Assembly: GCA_030650425.1 (NCBI GenBank)
Contig: JAUSED010000012.1
Location: 64,905-128,904, forward strand
DNA: 64,000 bases
Source of the DNA: Candidatus Omnitrophota bacterium
GTDB lineage: Bacteria > Omnitrophota > Gorgyraeia > Gygaellales > Profunditerraquicolaceae
Reading direction: 5' to 3'
In this document: positions 59,811 to 64,000 of the stretch, piece by piece
How the letters are laid out: each line of letters opens with the position of its first letter
Numbering within the stretch: the stretch's first letter is position 1
The notes under the pieces: generated by a model
Told to the model about the DNA's origin: nothing
The model's database searches: none
The model's input: only the letters and a program-made list of their open reading frames with translations
Made by a program: the position numbers and the translations under genes

Positions 59811-60464
59811 ATGCAATCTAAAATAAGGCTATTGCTCTGTGATGATCACGCCATATTCCGCCAGGGTGTAAGGAAATTATTGGAATTAGAGCCTGATATT
59901 ATTGTGGTAGGAGATGCGGGTAATGGCCAGGAAATGCTGGATCTGCTTAAAAAAACAGGGCCGGATGTCATATTAATGGATATAGGAATGCCTAATATGG
60001 ACGGGGTTACTGCTACTTCTAAAGCTAAGAAAATATTGCCTCGCGCCAAAGTTGTTATTTTTACCGTCTTCGAAGATGAACCGCATATCTTTCAGGCAAT
60101 TAAGGCCGGAGCAATGGGGTATCTGTTAAAAGACGCGTCTTTTGATGAGTTAATCGCTGCTATCCGCAGTGTTTATAAAGGAGAGGCCCTGATCCAGCCG
60201 GTAGTAGCGACTAAGGTTTTAAAGGAATTTGCCATGCTCGATAAGCGAAAGCTGAAAGAGGGAGACAGATTTTACAGCGATTTAACCGAAAGAGAGAAAG
60301 AAATCTTGCGTTTGATTGCCTTGGGCGGCGCGAATAAGGAGATCGCTAAAAAGCTCGGCATTGCCGAAAAGACCGTAAAAAACCACATCAGCAGTATTTT
60401 CCAAACCCTGCATGTAAATAACCGCACGCAAGCCGCTATCTATGCTTTGGATAAGAAAATCTAA
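59811..60464 (+). CDS. NarL/LuxR family response regulator
   Basis: DDH, MDIGMP, LTEREKEIL, TVKNH. Confidence 0.95.
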   Translation: MQSKIRLLLCDDHAIFRQGVRKLLELEPDIIVVGDAGNGQEMLDLLKKTGPDVILMDIGMPNMDGVTATSKAKKILPRAKVVIFTVFEDEPHIFQAIKAGAMGYLLKDASFDELIAAIRSVYKGEALIQPVVATKVLKEFAMLDKRKLKEGDRFYSDLTEREKEILRLIALGGANKEIAKKLGIAEKTVKNHISSIFQTLHVNNRTQAAIYALDKKI

Positions 60465-60465
60465 G

Positions 60466-60557
60466 TAGGACTAAAGGCCCACGGAAACATAGGACTATTT
60501 ATTTTTACTCAAACAGGACTTTGGGCACTTGTATAGCTTTCTTAAATAATGTATAAT
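60466..60557 (+). promoter_or_regulatory. Three AGGACT boxes at 24-bp period upstream of TTGTAT-17-TATAAT
   Basis: AGGACT at 60467, 60491 and 60515. Confidence 0.65.
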
Positions 60558-60567
60558 TTACGGAATT

Positions 60568-61209
60568 ATGCTTAATTACTATCCGGTAAGTTTGAATCTG
60601 GAAAACAAGCAGTGTTTAGTAGTCGGCGCAGGGCCGGTAGCTGCCCGTAAAGTAGCCCGGCTGCTAGATTGCGGGGCGCTGGTTACAGTGATAGCCCCTG
60701 TGATTAACGCCGGCTTAAAGGCCTTGGCAAAAAAGAAAAAAATTACGCTTAAGCATAACCGGGTCAATTTAAGCGATCTAAACCGGGCTTTTCTGGTAAT
60801 CTCTGCAACCGGTGAGAGAAAAATAAATACCCTTATTTCTGCTTATTGCCGCAAGAAAGGCATTCTGGTTAATGTGGTGGATGCTCCCAGCGAATGTAAT
60901 TTTATTCTTCCTTCAATACTTAGGAGAGGAGATCTAACCATAGCCATTTCTACCAATGGGGTCAGTCCCGCCCTGTCAAAAAAGATCCGTCAGGAGCTGG
61001 AACAAAAATTTGGGGTTGAGTACCTGAAATTATTGCGTATATTGGAAGAAATCAGGCCCGAGGCTTTAAAGAAAATAAAAAGCCCGGAATCAAGAAAGAT
61101 TTTCTTTGAAAAAGCAGTTCAAACCAAGATGCTCAATCTTCTCAAAAAGAATAAAGAAGGCCGGGTGCGGGTAAAATTGAGAGCTATATTAAAAAATGCA
61201 GCCGTATAA
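60568..61209 (+). CDS. Precorrin-2 dehydrogenase/sirohydrochlorin ferrochelatase (CysG-N/SirC)
   Basis: VVGAGPVAARK, NVVD, ISTNGVSP. Confidence 0.92.
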   Translation: MLNYYPVSLNLENKQCLVVGAGPVAARKVARLLDCGALVTVIAPVINAGLKALAKKKKITLKHNRVNLSDLNRAFLVISATGERKINTLISAYCRKKGILVNVVDAPSECNFILPSILRRGDLTIAISTNGVSPALSKKIRQELEQKFGVEYLKLLRILEEIRPEALKKIKSPESRKIFFEKAVQTKMLNLLKKNKEGRVRVKLRAILKNAAV

Positions 61210-61651
61210 TTATCTATCGGGATTTCAAGGGTTATATCTTAATTTACATATTATTACTATTACTTTAAGTTATTTTGTTTTTTTTATAGCTTCGCTCTGC
61301 GCGGTATTATACCTTATCCAGGATAACCTGCTTAAACATAAACAGATTGGGGTAATTTTTAACCGTCTGCCTGATCTTTTTTCTCTGGATAAGTTTCATT
61401 ACAGGGCGATAGGCCTGGGTTTTCCCATACTTACGCTTTCTATTCTTAGTGGTTTTATCTGGGTTAAGCATATCCGGGGCGCCTATTGGAATATTAATCC
61501 CAGGATGGTTTATTCTTTGAGCCTTTGGTTGGTGTACGCGCTGATCTTGCACGTCAGGTTGTCGGCTAAGTTGCGCGGTAGGAAGGTTGCCCAATTATCT
61601 CTCTTTGCTTTTTGCATTATTATTGCCGCCTTATTTAGCAGCTGTCGTTAA
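61196..61651 (+). CDS. Short CcsA/HemX-like membrane protein
   Basis: LHI, GFPILT, W..NPR, LRGRK. Confidence 0.8.
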   Translation: MQPYNYLSGFQGLYLNLHIITITLSYFVFFIASLCAVLYLIQDNLLKHKQIGVIFNRLPDLFSLDKFHYRAIGLGFPILTLSILSGFIWVKHIRGAYWNINPRMVYSLSLWLVYALILHVRLSAKLRGRKVAQLSLFAFCIIIAALFSSCR

Positions 61652-61659
61652 TTTGGAGA

Positions 61660-62784
61660 ATGCGGATGGATTTAACGGTTGTCGGTATAAATCATAAAAC
61701 AGCTCCGGTAGAGATCAGGGAAAAGTTTTCTTTTCATCCTAAGCAGGTTGTCGGGGTAAACCGCCTGCTTAAAGAGACCGCTTTATTATCAGAAAACCTG
61801 ATTTTATCTACCTGCAACCGGGTAGAGCTGTATGCGGTATGCGCCAGGCATAAAGATTATATTACCAACATAGAAAACTTCCTCAGCCGATATCATAACC
61901 TGAATATCTCTGACTATAAGGATAGGTTTTACGTTTATAAAAACAAAGAGGCGGTGGAGCATTTATTTAAAGTTGCCTGTGGCCTTGATTCCATGGTTAT
62001 CGGGGAGATGGAGATATTGAACCAGATGAAAAAAGCGTTTCAGGACGCCAGAGAAAGTACTACTACCGGCAAGATTTTAAACAGGCTTTTTGAAAAAGCA
62101 TTTAACACCGCCAAGAGAGTTCGGACAGAAACCTTTATCAGCCGCGGGGCTGTTTCGGTTAGTTCAGTGGCCGTAAGATTGGCAGAAAAAATATTAGGCG
62201 GGTTAAGGGATAAAAAGGTCTTAATTATCGGCGCGGGCAAAGTAGGGGAGAAGTTAGTTTTAAATTTAAAGAAAGAGGGAATCGGCACGATGCTGGTAAC
62301 TAACCGGACTTTGGAGAAAGCTAAGGATTTAGCGTCCAGATTCTCCGCTGAAATTGTGCCATTTGAGGATTTTAAATCCAGTTTAGCGCGGGTGGATATA
62401 ATTATTACCTCTACCGGCTCTCCTCAGTATGTCATTGGTAAAGATGAGATTTCATCGCTTATGCCTTTAAGACAGCTTAGGCCGCTTTTTATTATTGACT
62501 TGGCTGTGCCGCGGGATGTTCAGTCAGAGGTAAATAAATTAGATAATGTTTATCTCTATAATATAGACGATTTACAAAAAACAGTGGATGAAACAATAGC
62601 ATTGAGGAGCAATGAATTGGATAGCTGTTTTAAAGTGATCGATCGCTCTTCAGAACACTTTCATCATTGGTTATTGAAAGAAGGTTTGCGGGTAGATAAG
62701 GAGGAAGCGCGGGGTGAAAAACAAGCCGTTGGTGTTGGGCTGCCGAAAGAGCAGGTTAGCGCTTGCGCAGGCAAAATTAGTTGA
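61660..62784 (+). CDS. hemA: Glutamyl-tRNA reductase
   Basis: NHKTAP, STCNRVE, GLDSMVIGE, DLAVPRD. Confidence 0.95.
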   Translation: MRMDLTVVGINHKTAPVEIREKFSFHPKQVVGVNRLLKETALLSENLILSTCNRVELYAVCARHKDYITNIENFLSRYHNLNISDYKDRFYVYKNKEAVEHLFKVACGLDSMVIGEMEILNQMKKAFQDARESTTTGKILNRLFEKAFNTAKRVRTETFISRGAVSVSSVAVRLAEKILGGLRDKKVLIIGAGKVGEKLVLNLKKEGIGTMLVTNRTLEKAKDLASRFSAEIVPFEDFKSSLARVDIIITSTGSPQYVIGKDEISSLMPLRQLRPLFIIDLAVPRDVQSEVNKLDNVYLYNIDDLQKTVDETIALRSNELDSCFKVIDRSSEHFHHWLLKEGLRVDKEEARGEKQAVGVGLPKEQVSACAGKIS

Positions 62785-63643
62785 AGATAGCTTAAGGCTG
62801 TTTTATCCCCGGCTTGAGTTTGAGCTAAAAACCTTAATCACTACCGGCGATAAGATTTTAGATAAAGCGTTAAATAAAATTGGCGATCAGGGTCTATTCA
62901 CCAAAGAGATCGAAGAAGCGCTATTAGGCGGTAAGATTGATCTTGCCATACATAGTTTAAAGGACTTGCCGGTTGAGCTCCCAAAAGGCCTTGAGATTGG
63001 AGCGGTTCCCAAAAGGGAAGACCCTCGCGATGTATTGGTTTCACTCAATGGTTTTAGCCTGGAGTCGCTGCCAAAAGGCGCTAATATCGGGACCAGCAGT
63101 CTCAGGCGTTCCGCCCAGCTTTTAAATATCAGGCCTGATTTGAATATACTGTCTTTACGCGGGAATTTAGATACACGGATTAAAAAATTAGAGCTGGGTT
63201 CATATGATGCGATTGTGCTTGCTTACGCGGGAATTAAACGCCTCGGCCTGGATTTAAAAATAACGCCTCTAGCCATAGAAAAAGTCTTGCCTCAGGCGGG
63301 ACAAGGGGCTTTAGGTATTGAAATTCGTTCAGGCGATTTAGCAACAGGTGATTTGGTTAGAGTTATAGATGACTATGACTCTCATCTGTGTGTTGACGCG
63401 GAAAGAGCCGTGCTTCTTGGATTAGGAGGCGGTTGCTCAACGCCGATTGGGGTATATGCCCGGGTAGACAATCAGCAGATTATTTTAAAAGCAGGCGTCT
63501 TTTCCTTGGATGGCAAGGTTGCGATAAGGGATGAGGCGGCTGGCCGGAAAGAAGACGCGCAAAGATTGGCTCAGGGATTAGCCGAAAGAATGCTAAAGAA
63601 GGGCACTCAGGAAATTATTGAGAACCTAAAAGAAAAGGGATAA
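62714..63643 (+). CDS. hemC: Hydroxymethylbilane synthase
   Basis: LFTKEIE, HSLKD, GTSSLRR, GGCSTP. Confidence 0.96.
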   Translation: MKNKPLVLGCRKSRLALAQAKLVEDSLRLFYPRLEFELKTLITTGDKILDKALNKIGDQGLFTKEIEEALLGGKIDLAIHSLKDLPVELPKGLEIGAVPKREDPRDVLVSLNGFSLESLPKGANIGTSSLRRSAQLLNIRPDLNILSLRGNLDTRIKKLELGSYDAIVLAYAGIKRLGLDLKITPLAIEKVLPQAGQGALGIEIRSGDLATGDLVRVIDDYDSHLCVDAERAVLLGLGGGCSTPIGVYARVDNQQIILKAGVFSLDGKVAIRDEAAGRKEDAQRLAQGLAERMLKKGTQEIIENLKEKG

Positions 63644-63644
63644 A

Positions 63645-64000
63645 TTGTCTAAGTCAAAAGTATATTTAGTGGGCGCAGGCCCGGGTGATTGCTCTTTAAT
63701 TACAGTAAGAGGGCTTGAATTGATTAAGACGGCGGATTGTATTATCTATGACTATTTAGCAAATCCCGGTTTGCTTAGATTTAGAAAAAATGATTGTGAG
63801 CTTGTTTATGCAGGTAAAAAAGCAGGCGCGCATACTTTACCCCAAAGTAAGATCAATCGACTTCTTGCAGACAAGGCGAAAATTCATCGCTCTATCGTGC
63901 GGCTTAAAGGAGGGGATCCTTTCATCTTTGGCCGGGGCGCGGAAGAGGCGCTTTACTTGCAAAAGAAAAGAATTAATTTTGAAATTGTCCCCGGGGTAAC
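63645..64000 (+). CDS. cobA: Uroporphyrinogen-III C-methyltransferase, 5' part
   Basis: TTG start; VYLVGAGPGD, RLKGGDPFIFGRGAEE, VPGV. Confidence 0.92.
   Translation, partial: MSKSKVYLVGAGPGDCSLITVRGLELIKTADCIIYDYLANPGLLRFRKNDCELVYAGKKAGAHTLPQSKINRLLADKAKIHRSIVRLKGGDPFIFGRGAEEALYLQKKRINFEIVPGV

Noticed and set aside
415-62288. Numerous 60-160 aa antisense or nested ORFs in the track
   Set aside because: Shadows of well-supported genes with no independent motifs
63790-63999. 69-aa ORF in the track
   Set aside because: Wrong frame; the real gene is cobA starting at 63645

Overview
64 kb of bacterial chromosome, moderately AT-rich and diderm (lptFG, AsmA proteins). The gene style suggests Omnitrophota/PVC, but that is inference. 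1-19 kb is housekeeping: lptGF, comF, pyrE, smpB-tmRNA, amidase, murI, queDCEF, fumarase, rph-rdgB and four tRNAs. 19.77-37.15 kb is a ~17.4 kb island at the 3' end of tRNA-His. It carries a large serine recombinase and defence-like cargo: Type III RM, HTH-Zn-peptidase/PIN/GIY-YIG, TIR, PD-(D/E)xK and HEPN proteins. 37.5-64 kb holds an ArsR cluster, an exopolysaccharide operon, the biotin operon, a two-component system and haem genes. The most striking structure concerns the recombinase. It has no stop codon of its own and reads across the att site, and the last 130 bp before att are present again as a perfect inverted silent copy upstream of the gene. Inversion or excision would therefore swap its C-terminal tail, giving three possible tails. 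A ~700 nt highly structured non-coding region lies next to it. Also notable are a 34-codon tmRNA tag ending PVFGN, a Maf-M48 fusion, a split ferritin/PilZ pair in the polysaccharide operon, and many apparently leaderless genes. All calls were made by eye and from motif recall; no searches were run.
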